A DNA stretch of 51,801 nucleotides from a virus (IMGVR_UViG_3300037458_001593:1-51801); one strand, 5' to 3'; numbered from the stretch's first letter, positions 9,652 to 19,594 are shown. A program made the numbers and translations. Notes: generated by a model not told the origin, from the letters alone.

Positions 9652-10481
9652 GTTAGGGTACCACCAACAAAATCACAGGAAATGCCCAGACCCGGGTCAT
9701 CGTCATGCAGATAAGTACGATACGCAGCCGTAACTTCAAGAGTACCGGCTTCAAAATCACTTGCAATATTCAAACCGGGATCCACTAGCTTGTACAACAC
9801 GTATGCAGTCGTCACTTCCAAAGTTCCACTGACAAAGTCTGATGCTATCGCTATCCACGGGGCATCATCATCGTGTCTGTAGAATACATAGCCAGAAGTT
9901 ACTTCTAAAGTTCCACTTTCCAAACGCGCAGTTAAATCAAGTAATCCTGCAGGAAGCAACGAGTATAGTAGGCCGCTTACTAAATCTACAGCGATTGCTA
10001 TCTCATCTTCAGGACCGAATGGGTACGGACTTGAAACTAATGTTGCAGCCGGACGCAGATCCAGCGAGCTATCTTCTAGCTGCGGCATAAGAATTAATGT
10101 ATCAAAGAAACCCCATTTAAAGTCTTGCGCTAAGACTGGTCTTTCATACACATTCCCGTATGGCACATACAACGTCGCAACGCCAGGCTCTTCCGGAAGA
10201 TACATCCCCTCCTTGCTATTGGGGGTAAATCCGTATTCTTGCAAATTCGTAAATGGTATTCCAAGAATCTTCTTCGTATCGAAATTACCAATATCTGAAG
10301 CTGAAGAATCTACTTGATATTGCTCAAAAGAATTATCGGCGATAGTAATACCATCTTTGCCCAATTCCTCTAACGATTCTTGAACTTCCCCTTCTACAAG
10401 TTCTTGCTCTAATGGCGTAGTTCCTTGCGCTGGTTTTATTGGTTCAACGAGATCACCTTTCTTCTTCCGTTTTGTAGCCAT
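9648..10481 (-). CDS. Putative tail protein with C-terminal ~28-aa repeats
   Basis: 277 aa, acidic; three GTLEVT..Y..Y repeats plus a partial fourth. Confidence 0.5.
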   Translation of the reverse strand: MATKRKKKGDLVEPIKPAQGTTPLEQELVEGEVQESLEELGKDGITIADNSFEQYQVDSSASDIGNFDTKKILGIPFTNLQEYGFTPNSKEGMYLPEEPGVATLYVPYGNVYERPVLAQDFKWGFFDTLILMPQLEDSSLDLRPAATLVSSPYPFGPEDEIAIAVDLVSGLLYSLLPAGLLDLTARLESGTLEVTSGYVFYRHDDDAPWIAIASDFVSGTLEVTTAYVLYKLVDPGLNIASDFEAGTLEVTAAYRTYLHDDDPGLGISCDFVGGTLT

Positions 10482-10494
10482 TTATATGGTACTG

Positions 10495-11397
10495 CTAGAT
10501 CAAACCATAGGTATTGACATTGATTTGATAATTACCGCCCTTGGCACGACGCATACGTTCTTCTGCATTCAATGTGGCAATGTTCATTTCCATACGTCCG
10601 CCATATGTACTTTCCATTCCAGCATCCTTCAAGTATACACCAACATGCTTCAGCGCAGCATTCAAAACAATTTGCTCATGTGCATCACGTAGCCAATTCC
10701 AAGCCTCTCGCCCTTCAAATCGTACAGTTGTTTCAACACCACCGCCTGCTGCAGTAACATAAGCAGTTGACTCACCTGCAGTATCAAAAATTGCATCAGG
10801 GTACGCTGGATTGCCAGTTCCAGTCACTTTGTACAAATCGGTGCCAGGCAGCGGGGGTACAATAAGTGCCAACAAAGGTTGATCCGCATCTGAGTAGCTG
10901 AAATCATAGTTGACTGCAGAAACGCTATAGTAGGCATCCAGCTTGGCAAGACGCCGATAATGATACAATTCTACAACGTGTCCTACCGGTACCTTTGGCA
11001 TGATCAGGATCTTGAGATCTTTCCATACATAGCCATGCGTACAATACTTTTCCGCATAAGGGTTTAGAAATGTACGGATATCTGGGATCGAATCATACAT
11101 GACACCCTGATCCTGCGGATGTGCTGGATTGAAGGATCTCACGTATAGGAATTCAATGAGATCTTCAGGAACATCTAGCTGGGTGATATCGTAATAATGC
11201 GAATTATCTTCAGCATCAATCGTATACTGAACTGTGTATTCCAGCTGTGGAATTCGTAGTTTACGAAAGATATCATCGCAGCCATACTTAAGACAGTCTT
11301 CTATCACTGCAGTCGGGAGCGTTGCTACTTCTCTTTTTGCACTCCAATCCCTAACTTTGGCTACAATGGCATTGAATTTAGTAAGTGGCTGCGGCAT
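10495..11397 (-). CDS. Head-tail adaptor/tail tubular protein A-like
   Basis: 300 aa; KVRDWS...DDIFRKLRIPQLE and ELYHYRRLAKL; position between capsid and tail genes. Confidence 0.55.
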   Translation of the reverse strand: MPQPLTKFNAIVAKVRDWSAKREVATLPTAVIEDCLKYGCDDIFRKLRIPQLEYTVQYTIDAEDNSHYYDITQLDVPEDLIEFLYVRSFNPAHPQDQGVMYDSIPDIRTFLNPYAEKYCTHGYVWKDLKILIMPKVPVGHVVELYHYRRLAKLDAYYSVSAVNYDFSYSDADQPLLALIVPPLPGTDLYKVTGTGNPAYPDAIFDTAGESTAYVTAAGGGVETTVRFEGREAWNWLRDAHEQIVLNAALKHVGVYLKDAGMESTYGGRMEMNIATLNAEERMRRAKGGNYQINVNTYGLI

Positions 11398-11401
11398 GAC
11401 A

Positions 11402-11740
11402 TTACGTTTTGTTTATATTCGAAAGGAGAAGATGCGGATATTCTGTAAGAACAATCTGCTCGAGCTTACGCATCCCAGCGGGATCTTTCATGAAATCAGG
11501 TGCATGAACATCGATACCATACTTTGTAAGGATATCGATTGCAACGATATCGGGTAAAATAAAGTAGGGGCGGTAGTTCCTTGTTCGTCTCGGATTATTT
11601 GCGTCTAGACCTCGCATTAGAGAAGCATAAGCTAGATACGGGCGGATATCTTGAGTCAAACGGAAGTTATCATCGCGAAGTCGAACCTCGAAGCTATCTG
11701 CGCGATGCTCTTGCGAACGAAATACTGCATCGTCTAGCAT
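11402..11740 (-). CDS. Conserved head-module hypothetical protein
   Basis: 112 aa; ILPDIVAIDILTKYGID motif; downstream of the capsid gene. Confidence 0.6.
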   Translation of the reverse strand: MLDDAVFRSQEHRADSFEVRLRDDNFRLTQDIRPYLAYASLMRGLDANNPRRTRNYRPYFILPDIVAIDILTKYGIDVHAPDFMKDPAGMRKLEQIVLTEYPHLLLSNINKT

Positions 11741-11743
11741 AAT

Positions 11744-11962
11744 TTATATCGCATAGTTAGCAAGTAGAGCGTTGATGACACCACGGCTACCGAGATGTCC
11801 GACTTCGTACTTTGTGTTTGAACCGTTAAAAGCAACAATACTAGAAACAGTAGTGCTTCCGTATGTTACACTAGTAATACGTCCTGCGGAATTTACAGTG
11901 ACACTTATAATATTATCCGAATAGATGGCAGAGCCATCTGTATTTGTGATTTTCAGTTGCAT
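11744..11962 (-). CDS. Small virion (decoration-like) protein, paralog of 13493-13801 N-domain
   Basis: KYEVGHLGSRGVINALLAN aligns by eye with RVEYGKIGKRGCIAELFSN. Confidence 0.55.
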   Translation of the reverse strand: MQLKITNTDGSAIYSDNIISVTVNSAGRITSVTYGSTTVSSIVAFNGSNTKYEVGHLGSRGVINALLANYAI

Positions 11963-12011
11963 ATTTACTCGTATATGTATTGATTACGATTGTTTCTACC
12001 CATCAGAACAC

Positions 12012-12071
12012 CTAGCTCACGGGCCAAGGCTTATGGTCGCAGGGGCAGTCTGGTTTGCCCTCTTCGGTCAT
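12012..12071 (-). pseudogene. Possible truncated gene start at edge of GC-rich cassette
   Basis: AGGA SD then MTEEGKPDCPCDHKPWPVS-stop, ending about where composition reverts to AT-rich. Confidence 0.3.
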
Positions 12072-12087
12072 GTCACGATCCTGCGCA

Positions 12088-12450
12088 TCACAGCGTCGCG
12101 CCGAGCGCCCACACTGCATCCGCCTCGGCCGGCGTCTTGCCAAGCGCCGAGATCATCCCCACGACAAGCGGGTGGTACCGATCCATGATTGGCTCGTACT
12201 CCCACCAGTCGCGCAGGTCCTGACTGCCAGAGGCGACAGCAGCCTCGACCGTGGCGCGCAGGCCGGAGGCAGTGAGAGCCATGCGTAGCTGGCGCGAAGT
12301 GATCGGGGGAATGCTGGGCGGAGGTTCTGGTGGTGCCGGCGGCAGCGGGTCTCCCTGGTAGTACAGCGTTACCGTGCCGTCGGCATTGCCACGACTCGCT
12401 ATAAATGGCCGATGAGAGTTGTTGATTTCACTTGGTTGTAGCGTGATCAT
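12088..12450 (-). CDS. Fibre assembly chaperone-like protein
   Basis: Poly-Pro linker then ITSRQLRMAL...WWEY..I.R.HPLV...LG..ADAVW; GAGG SD before ATG 12450. Confidence 0.6.
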   Translation of the reverse strand: MITLQPSEINNSHRPFIASRGNADGTVTLYYQGDPLPPAPPEPPPSIPPITSRQLRMALTASGLRATVEAAVASGSQDLRDWWEYEPIMDRYHPLVVGMISALGKTPAEADAVWALGATL

Positions 12451-12458
12451 GTTGCGCC

Positions 12459-13106
12459 TCAACGGATACTGACTGCGTAAGAGAGCAATTCTGCTTGACT
12501 GTCTGTAAAGCTCGCAAGAATACCAAATACTACAAGCCTGTCCGCTGTATGTATATTGGCATCGGCGTTATCATAGACAGCAGCAGTGGACGATCCTGCA
12601 GCTATAGATCCGGTATGAGGTCTGGCTTGGTGGCCGCGAAAGCCACCACTATAGATTACTGCTTCCGACTGTCCGGACACGAATGTACCTGATGCCGCAT
12701 TACTGGCTTGTGTAGCAATTTGCTGCGCGCCAGCTCCGGCTGCGCTCGTCGCCATAGCCACCCGAAATAACCCCGTATGTGATCCGTATTTGCGGAACAA
12801 CACTTGCACATCAAGCCGCCGCCCGACGGTTAGCATTCCGGCGGGTATCAGGCAATTTTGTGGCAGCACGAAGTACTGATTCGTGTCGTTTCCGGTCAGA
12901 GTAATCTGTGGGCTAGCAAGACTCTGGTTTGAGTTTAGGTACAGCAGTTGTCCGTCCCCTGCTGGAACCAAATTCGTGCCGTCGCTTACCCATTCCGTGT
13001 TGCGATAGTCCGTCACGATCACCCGCGCGCCAGCACCGGCTGCCGCTGCGGTCGGGCGGTCGGCCCAGGTGCAACGGATAATGCGATTACCTGGATAGAG
13101 CGGCAT
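12459..13106 (-). CDS. Fibre/receptor-binding-like protein
   Basis: 215 aa; TWADRPTAAAAG...VIVTD...WVSDGTN fibre-base motif followed by beta-rich domain. Confidence 0.55.
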   Translation of the reverse strand: MPLYPGNRIIRCTWADRPTAAAAGAGARVIVTDYRNTEWVSDGTNLVPAGDGQLLYLNSNQSLASPQITLTGNDTNQYFVLPQNCLIPAGMLTVGRRLDVQVLFRKYGSHTGLFRVAMATSAAGAGAQQIATQASNAASGTFVSGQSEAVIYSGGFRGHQARPHTGSIAAGSSTAAVYDNADANIHTADRLVVFGILASFTDSQAELLSYAVSIR

Positions 13107-13107
13107 A

Positions 13108-13491
13108 TCAAGCCTCCCTTCCTGTCCAGGTCTGCCCTGTGGTCGGGCCGATCACGGAGATTGCGCCGGTGCCGACAGCCCACGGAGGCGCCTCGTACAG
13201 CTCGCCAGGCCCGATCCTGATGCTTGGCTGCGACTGCACAGCCGTCGCCAGCGTCGAGACCCACAGGTCCGCGCTGGGGTGAAGGTTCTGGATCCACCAT
13301 CCAATGCGCGCTGCATTTGCCGCTGCCGCATTTTGTGCAACACCACCCGTCGTAAGCGATCCGCTGATATTTGTTGGTGTACTGATCGCCGGAATCACGC
13401 TCAAACTATCTGCTGGAGATTGCGCTCCTGATAGAAACTTGCCAACAGCTACTGTTGCACCTGCTGCGTCTTTAACATTAATTGTTGCCAT
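13108..13491 (-). CDS. Small virion beta-sandwich protein
   Basis: 127 aa; AANAARIGWWIQN...SIRIGPGELYE pattern of phage structural proteins. Confidence 0.55.
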   Translation of the reverse strand: MATINVKDAAGATVAVGKFLSGAQSPADSLSVIPAISTPTNISGSLTTGGVAQNAAAANAARIGWWIQNLHPSADLWVSTLATAVQSQPSIRIGPGELYEAPPWAVGTGAISVIGPTTGQTWTGREA

Positions 13492-13492
13492 A

Positions 13493-13801
13493 TTAATTTA
13501 CCCCAACGCCAATACCACTCAAGTATTGACTATTTTCATTGTCAGAGAAGTCTAAAGAGGTTGACACCGGCGGAGCTGGAGCAGCTTGTCCTCTATTAGA
13601 GAATAACTCAGCAATGCACCCTCGTTTACCGATCTTGCCATACTCAACTCTAGGGTTTATACCATCATGAACATCAACCACATTATCTGTACCATTGTTA
13701 TAGGCATATGAACTAATAATACCTTCTAAAGTTACATTGACCCTGTCAAGACTGAAAATGTAAATTCCATTTCCACCTGCTACTTTATTCAACAGCTCCA
13801 T
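13493..13801 (-). CDS. Putative capsid decoration/fibre anchor protein
   Basis: GGAGG SD; first gene after capsid; ends APAPPVSTSLDFSDNENSQYLSGIGVGVN. Confidence 0.55.
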   Translation of the reverse strand: MELLNKVAGGNGIYIFSLDRVNVTLEGIISSYAYNNGTDNVVDVHDGINPRVEYGKIGKRGCIAELFSNRGQAAPAPPVSTSLDFSDNENSQYLSGIGVGVN

Positions 13802-13810
13802 AGCGCCTCC

Positions 13811-13853
13811 AAAATGAAAGGGGGCCGCTAACTTACGCAGCTAGCAGACCCCC
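13811..13853 (-). terminator. Intrinsic terminator after major capsid gene
   Basis: Minus strand GGGGGTCTGCTAGCT-GCGTA-AGTTAGCGGCCCCC followed by TTTCATTTT. Confidence 0.7.
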
Positions 13854-13891
13854 GTTCAAGGTGCCGTATCAATGTCTCAGAGATTGTTGGC

Positions 13892-14983
13892 TTACGCGCC
13901 AGACAGGCCGATGATCAAACCGCTACTCGCGGGATTACGGCATTCAAGTGTCGCCTCTTCGACGATTTGACCGATAACGGAGTCACCGAGCCTGCCCACT
14001 TCGATTTCTTGCAGCGGGCGAAGACGCACCCAACGCCAGAAGGATGGATCGTACACGAATCCGAAGAAGTTCGCGCCACCGCCAGCAATACCACTGATGG
14101 TGGATGCGAGGCCCATGATGTAGTTGGGGACGATCATCAGGTCACCGAAGTCGGAACGATAAAACTCGACGGCCTGGACAAGACGCCCCTTCTCATCGAT
14201 GTTCCGACGCACGTTGCCATCTCCGGCATTCGAAGTCGAACTACCTGCGGCTTGCGCACGAGCGGAGAATGCCCGGCGATTCGACGGTGACAACATCACC
14301 CTCGTGGCGCGACCGCCCTGCTCGTAGATAGCCTGCATTGCCGTGTCAACGTGCGTGAGGGACAGCGCCACTTCATCAGCATCAATGACAGCAGCGTAGG
14401 TACCCGCCACACCGCCACCGTTATTCGTAGGCGCCGTGTAGTCCGCAGGGGCGACGAGCGCATTGACAACGTTGACGTTCGCCCAGGCTTGGTAACCACC
14501 GAAAGTACGGGTACCACCAGCAGCGCTACTTTGATTGGTAGCGACGAGACCGAACTCCTGGTCACGGCGCATCTCGATGCCACGCTTCTTCAGCTGGAAG
14601 GCATACTCGTTGGCAACGCCAGCCTGATCAACTGCCTGTTTGGTGCCCGTGACCTGGACGACCTTCGAGTTGATCTGCATGTAATTGCCGAGACGCGTAC
14701 GATTCGGCTCGGCAGCTTGCGCGGCAGCTTGCGTAGCAAAGGAAATGCCTTCCGCGACCTGACCCGCAACAGGCGCCGCGAGAGTATCCGTCTGCCACTC
14801 GTGAAGGATGGCAGTGCCGCTGCCCGTCTTGATCGAGGAAAGGAATGGAGTCTCATCCCTGGAGATCCTCGAGATGAAGTCAGCAAGTGCTTCTTTCTCG
14901 CTGACATTGACAGCATTGCCTGTGGCGGCAGCAGAACGATGGGCAGCCTTGGGGCCACCCGCAGAGAAAACAGTAGTAGCCAT
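13892..14983 (-). CDS. Major capsid protein (SU10/DUF5309 type)
   Basis: DETPFLSSI, HEWQTDTL, RLGNYMQI, QLKKRGIEMRRDQE, FYRSDFG, LRPLQ motifs; after scaffold, before terminator. Confidence 0.9.
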   Translation of the reverse strand: MATTVFSAGGPKAAHRSAAATGNAVNVSEKEALADFISRISRDETPFLSSIKTGSGTAILHEWQTDTLAAPVAGQVAEGISFATQAAAQAAEPNRTRLGNYMQINSKVVQVTGTKQAVDQAGVANEYAFQLKKRGIEMRRDQEFGLVATNQSSAAGGTRTFGGYQAWANVNVVNALVAPADYTAPTNNGGGVAGTYAAVIDADEVALSLTHVDTAMQAIYEQGGRATRVMLSPSNRRAFSARAQAAGSSTSNAGDGNVRRNIDEKGRLVQAVEFYRSDFGDLMIVPNYIMGLASTISGIAGGGANFFGFVYDPSFWRWVRLRPLQEIEVGRLGDSVIGQIVEEATLECRNPASSGLIIGLSGA

Positions 14984-15046
14984 TTTTGAATTCCTTGAGA
15001 GGTGTTACTAGGTTTCTGGCCAACGAAACTCCCTCGAGCTTTGTTA

Positions 15047-16201
15047 TTAGCTCTGGAGCCTCGAGTTGATCTTCGACAGACTCGCAATGTACGCGAGCTC
15101 TTCGCCTTCACCGGCATCACCAGATAGCACCCTGGCCGCTAGATCGGCATTTACTTTCTGCTGCGCTACACGTGCAGCAGGCTTGGCCTTGACAGGAGCG
15201 CCCTTCACTGTCGGAGCTTGCTTACGCTTCGCTGCGCCAAGGTTCTGACGCATCTTTAGCATACGGTAGTCATTGATGAACTTAATGACTTTCGCGTCAT
15301 AAACTTGTTCCAAGAGTTCTTCAGGGATACCCTCCTGGATGGCAAAACTACGAATCTGCGCTGCAAGCTTCTCATTAAAGCCTGGCAACGTAGTCGGAAT
15401 GTCTGCCTGGAACTTTGCCAAGAGGGCTTCTTGCCGGCTATCGGCTGCCTTCTTGAGCTCAGTCGCAATGGCCCGCGCAGAGGCCTCTCTTTTCGACTTC
15501 AACACAGCATGCTTTTCCTGAATGGACTCCTTCTGGTCCTTCAATTCAGTTAACGCAAACGTGTCCTTACTCTCCCTGGCCTTTGCAATATTCGCAACTA
15601 CTTTCCGGTACTCGTCTGCAAGCAAGTTCTCTTCGGTAAGTAGTTCTTTGAACAGCAAAGTACCTAGGTGTTCTACATTCTTCAGTTTTTCCGCATAAGC
15701 TGCCTCAGCAGACGCCTTGAGTGCGGTAAGCTCAGCTTCTCGGGCCTTCAGTACTTCCTTAGCCGCAAAAGCAGCACGAACTTCACCAAGCGTGCGCTTC
15801 TCGGTCTTCCCATCGATTTCTACTGGGATCTTATACTCCCAATCGATGTCATCCTCTTCTTCAGCCCCGGACTCCCCCTCCTCCGTTTCAGCAGCGGCTT
15901 CCACCGACTCTTCGTCGATTTCTTCATTATCGACATCTTCATCGCCAGCGGGTGTTTCGGCTACTACTTCTTCTTCAGGCTCCTTTACTGGGGGCGCCTT
16001 CTTTGCAGCAGGCTTCTTCTGCTCTTCCGGCTCTTCTCCCACAGGATTGTCATGCAATCCAAGCATCTTTGCAATGGGAGAACGTGCAAGAATATCTTCA
16101 AAGCTTGGAAGCTGAGGGTCTGAACTGTCAAAATCAGCAGAGCTTACTTGACTCGCAGGCGTTTCAGTAATGGCGCCTTCAGTATTGGGGGTAGGGGGCA
16201 T
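15047..16201 (-). CDS. Capsid scaffolding protein
   Basis: Acidic disordered N-terminus, YKIPVEIDGK..TLGEV, long coiled coil, basic C-tail; upstream of capsid. Confidence 0.8.
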   Translation of the reverse strand: MPPTPNTEGAITETPASQVSSADFDSSDPQLPSFEDILARSPIAKMLGLHDNPVGEEPEEQKKPAAKKAPPVKEPEEEVVAETPAGDEDVDNEEIDEESVEAAAETEEGESGAEEEDDIDWEYKIPVEIDGKTEKRTLGEVRAAFAAKEVLKAREAELTALKASAEAAYAEKLKNVEHLGTLLFKELLTEENLLADEYRKVVANIAKARESKDTFALTELKDQKESIQEKHAVLKSKREASARAIATELKKAADSRQEALLAKFQADIPTTLPGFNEKLAAQIRSFAIQEGIPEELLEQVYDAKVIKFINDYRMLKMRQNLGAAKRKQAPTVKGAPVKAKPAARVAQQKVNADLAARVLSGDAGEGEELAYIASLSKINSRLQS

Positions 16202-16209
16202 GGTGTTGG

Positions 16210-16782
16210 TTACTCAGAGGTCAATGGGTATGCACGGCGACTTGCTTTGCGTTCTTCCTGGAGGGCCTGCTTCTCTTCTGCAATCTTGGCTTGACGGGCC
16301 GCGCGTGCCTTAGCAAGACGCTGAACGACATCATCGCCATTCTTGTCAATCGGAGGCGCTCCGCGTTTGGGCGGCGCAGCAGGCTCTTGTTCTGCCACAC
16401 TGGCTAGCGGGGAACGCGACTCGTTTTGCAATGCGTTTCGTGCCGACAACTGCATATGCTCTAGGGCGAAGCCTTCAGGATCGGTCAGCACCGAAACTGC
16501 TTCCGTTGTGTACTGCTCGGGGTTGGCGTAGCGGAGTTCTGAAGAACCTTCTTGTTGTACAGAAAGAGCAGCTTCCTGCGGCAGATCGAACTCGAGCGCA
16601 CGTAGCTCTTGTACGATCAACAGGGCAGAATTTGCAGTAACGAGGGAACTTGCGTAGCTTCCTGCTCGCCCCGTCCCGCCACCTGAACTGCAAAGGGCAA
16701 TTTCTTGCACAATCTGCTTCATAAGGCTGTAGAGAACGCCCTCTGCCAAGTTGTACTTTTCAATCGGCAGATTCATAGACAT
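16210..16782 (-). CDS. Hypothetical protein (head module)
   Basis: 190-aa ORF with AAGGGA SD filling the operon gap. Confidence 0.6.
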   Translation of the reverse strand: MSMNLPIEKYNLAEGVLYSLMKQIVQEIALCSSGGGTGRAGSYASSLVTANSALLIVQELRALEFDLPQEAALSVQQEGSSELRYANPEQYTTEAVSVLTDPEGFALEHMQLSARNALQNESRSPLASVAEQEPAAPPKRGAPPIDKNGDDVVQRLAKARAARQAKIAEEKQALQEERKASRRAYPLTSE

Positions 16783-16801
16783 TTCGTGTCCCTTCTAGAC
16801 A

Positions 16802-17230
16802 TCACATGCCTCCTTCATTCTCTGCAGGAGGTTCTTTCTGAACTCCTCGAACTGCGGCAGCATTCGAAAGAAGCATCTCGAAAGCAATCAGCTGGGCCTT
16901 CACTTCGCCAAGCGCCAGGATTGACTGGTAAAGGAACTCTCGCTCCTTCCAGGCGTGAGGCTCTGACTTAAGCCATCTTTCGAAGGTTCTCGCCATGATT
17001 TCTACGAAAGCAGCGTCAAAGAAGTTTGCGCGCTCCCGAGAAACAAACTGTGCAGTCAGCAAGGCCTTTTGCGCAGTGTAGAATGGCGAGGGGATCGTTT
17101 CGCCTGTGATTGGATCCTTCTGCGGCTTCAGTCGCTCTGCGAAGCCCTCAGAATATTTGTTTGTGCTCATACCTTTTTGAGTCCTTATTTTTCCTTTAGG
17201 GACCGGCTTGGTTGTCCGGTCCGCATTCAT
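16802..17230 (-). CDS. Conserved small post-portal protein
   Basis: WLKSEPHAWKEREFLYQSILAL motif; start may be the downstream MSTNKY. Confidence 0.6.
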   Translation of the reverse strand: MNADRTTKPVPKGKIRTQKGMSTNKYSEGFAERLKPQKDPITGETIPSPFYTAQKALLTAQFVSRERANFFDAAFVEIMARTFERWLKSEPHAWKEREFLYQSILALGEVKAQLIAFEMLLSNAAAVRGVQKEPPAENEGGM

Positions 17231-17254
17231 AAAGCATCTTACGCTAACCGTATG

Positions 17255-19492
17255 TTATGCAGGCGGGTCTCCAGCAGGTGTCTCTTGCTCTGTAGCAGAA
17301 ACTTTAGTAGGCATTGCAAGATCTGTACGGATGAGCTCGAAGGCACGCATCATCAGCTCCTCCGCCTTTGGTGGCTTCGTTGTTAGCTCGACACCTTCCT
17401 TCGCAGCCTTGATCTCAATCTCAGCCCAATCTTGTAGATACTTTGAGAAGGCAACCATCATCTGCCTTGCATTATCCTGGATAGCATTCTTGCCTTGAAT
17501 ATCTGTCAGGGCAATTGTAGCTTCCCGTTGCTTAATATCAAGCTGCTTGATTTTGTCTTCCAGTTGTCGGCGCCTGTTCTCTGCCTCCTCTTCTGCCTTG
17601 CGAGCTGCCTCTGCTTTCTCAGCAAAGTCAGGGGCAGTGTAATCCACGATGTAGTCGAGAGGATCAAGATCAAGCGCCTCTAGCGTACGTGCTGCGATAT
17701 TTGCAGCTGCTGCAGGCGCAATGATACCCCCCGCACCCGCCTCGCGAAGGGCCGGCAGAATGCTCTTCCCGACAATCTCCATCTTCTTGACGACGTTGGT
17801 ATTACCATTCTCACCAACATCAGCATCGATCTCAAGAGAAAGACATTCAGGGAGAGTTGCAGGATCTACAGAGCGGAAGTACCCTTTGGAGCTGAGGTAC
17901 TCCTGCGTCTGCCCGCCCATCTTGCTCTTGAGCGCCTTGTAGACTCCCTCAGCAAGCTTCTTGAAACCAGTCTCCACGAATCGGCGTGCCATGTACTGGA
18001 TACGTACCTGGGCAGCAGAAATGGCCTTCGAGAGTTTCTCTTCTGAATTGCCTGAAACAAAGAGAAGATCGTTTAGCCCCTGTGCAGCCTTGCTCAGCCC
18101 TGTCGCCTGCTCCTTGTGAGTTTGCAGAAGCTCGAGCAATGGGACAGTGCCGACACTGATGGCGTCAGGCGTCAAAGAAGCAACAACATTATTCGGGTTT
18201 CCTGTGACTGGAATCAGTTGCTTAGGCTTCAGATTCTGCAACGAGGAGAAATCCACCGTGTTCGGATCTGCAAGCTTAGGCGCGTAATTTGTCAGGTAGA
18301 CATTCTCAATGAAACCACGCAGGATAGCTGTCGTTCCAAGCGTCGATGGGCGTGCCATATCCGCTGCGGACAAGCCTTCCAGCTCGAATGGGATCTCGAA
18401 TGGGCTCAACAGCGCAACATCCACTGTTTCGGAGTCCTGTTCGAGCATCAGCTCATCGTTTACCGTGATGATGCGACGACGTTCTGCAATACCATCCCCA
18501 TCACGGTCAGCGTAAACCCAGCACTCTAGAACATCGAATTCTTTTCGATCATTGAGGAGACGAGAATCCGTAACGCGCCCTCTGTCGATAATTGAGGTAG
18601 CTGCAGAGGACCCCGCCAGTAGCTTCCGTGCATCCTCGTCCAGGGCGGATGTCATTGCCTCCGAGAGGATCGTGCTGCCAGAAAGTTCGTCAAGATCCAG
18701 CTTACCTGCTTCGTCAGGATACCAACGAAGGAGCTCGCTCTTGCTCATCCTCGTAGGAATTCCGACAAAGGGCGACTCGTCTAGATTGGAGACGCCGGTA
18801 GTCACAAGGAATGTGCCACGCTCCACATTTCGGATGACGATTGAACGCTTCGTCACCTTCTTTCGGATACGTACTTCCTTGTAGATGTTTGTCAGCTCGA
18901 CTTCACCCTCAACTTCAGGGTTATCTACAGGTTCTACCGTGTAGTTCAGGCTACCGACAACCTCCGTTTCCGTATCAGCAAGGAGTAGATCGAGCTGTCC
19001 CTGCGGAATCTCGTCGAACTCTTCGTATTGATAGCTGGTGTCTTCCCGGACTTCCCATCTTACAATTCCCAGCTTCCAAAGCAATGCTGCCTTGATCCAG
19101 GTGTTTATAATGGACCAGCCTGGATTGAGCTTGAAAATGATGTAATTCGTCAGCTCAGCAGCAGTCCTCGCGGCAGCTACTGCAGTCGGTGTCGGCTCGA
19201 ACGGGCTGAACCTGACGAGCTTATTGTTGTTAAGCAGCAGTTCAGACAGAATGGCAAGGTACCCTTCGACAACCTCTACGGTATCAGAAGAGACGATGCG
19301 AGAGACACCCTGCGGGGACAGATGCCCGACCGGCAACATCCCGTATTCATATGTCGCCTTTGCCCTTTCTGTTGCTAGTGTTGCATCGCTGCCCGAGTAC
19401 CCTGTACTGCTTTGGCGGAGGCCTTCCGCAATGATCCCGATAAGCTCCTCGTCTGTAACTGACTCAGAGCTTTCTTGCTTTTCTTGATCCAT
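17255..19492 (-). CDS. Portal protein
   Basis: 745 aa; GVSRIVSSDTVEVVE, ADRDGDGIAERR, KEQATGLSKAAQGL; between terL and scaffold. Confidence 0.9.
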   Translation of the reverse strand: MDQEKQESSESVTDEELIGIIAEGLRQSSTGYSGSDATLATERAKATYEYGMLPVGHLSPQGVSRIVSSDTVEVVEGYLAILSELLLNNNKLVRFSPFEPTPTAVAAARTAAELTNYIIFKLNPGWSIINTWIKAALLWKLGIVRWEVREDTSYQYEEFDEIPQGQLDLLLADTETEVVGSLNYTVEPVDNPEVEGEVELTNIYKEVRIRKKVTKRSIVIRNVERGTFLVTTGVSNLDESPFVGIPTRMSKSELLRWYPDEAGKLDLDELSGSTILSEAMTSALDEDARKLLAGSSAATSIIDRGRVTDSRLLNDRKEFDVLECWVYADRDGDGIAERRRIITVNDELMLEQDSETVDVALLSPFEIPFELEGLSAADMARPSTLGTTAILRGFIENVYLTNYAPKLADPNTVDFSSLQNLKPKQLIPVTGNPNNVVASLTPDAISVGTVPLLELLQTHKEQATGLSKAAQGLNDLLFVSGNSEEKLSKAISAAQVRIQYMARRFVETGFKKLAEGVYKALKSKMGGQTQEYLSSKGYFRSVDPATLPECLSLEIDADVGENGNTNVVKKMEIVGKSILPALREAGAGGIIAPAAAANIAARTLEALDLDPLDYIVDYTAPDFAEKAEAARKAEEEAENRRRQLEDKIKQLDIKQREATIALTDIQGKNAIQDNARQMMVAFSKYLQDWAEIEIKAAKEGVELTTKPPKAEELMMRAFELIRTDLAMPTKVSATEQETPAGDPPA

Positions 19493-19516
19493 TTCTCTCT
19501 CTCTGACTTATATAAC

Positions 19517-19584
19517 TGACAAAGACTCGACAGAGTCTCGCTAAGACTCGAAAGGTTCGGTAGAACCTCTCACAGAGTCTCGTT
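19517..19584 (+). repeat. Cluster of AGACTC-loop-GAGTCT hairpins upstream of portal
   Basis: AGACTC-GACA-GAGTCT at 19523-19538, then AGACTC...GAGTCT enclosing AGGTTC-GGTA-GAACCT. Confidence 0.85.
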
Positions 19585-19594
19585 CTGTTGAGCC

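Noticed and set aside
13491-13495. Programmed frameshift or read-through fusing 13493-13801 to 13108-13491
   Set aside because: No canonical slippery heptamer and the downstream gene has its own SD and ATG
14351-14989. 212-aa plus-strand ORF over the capsid gene
   Set aside because: Antisense shadow from strong codon bias
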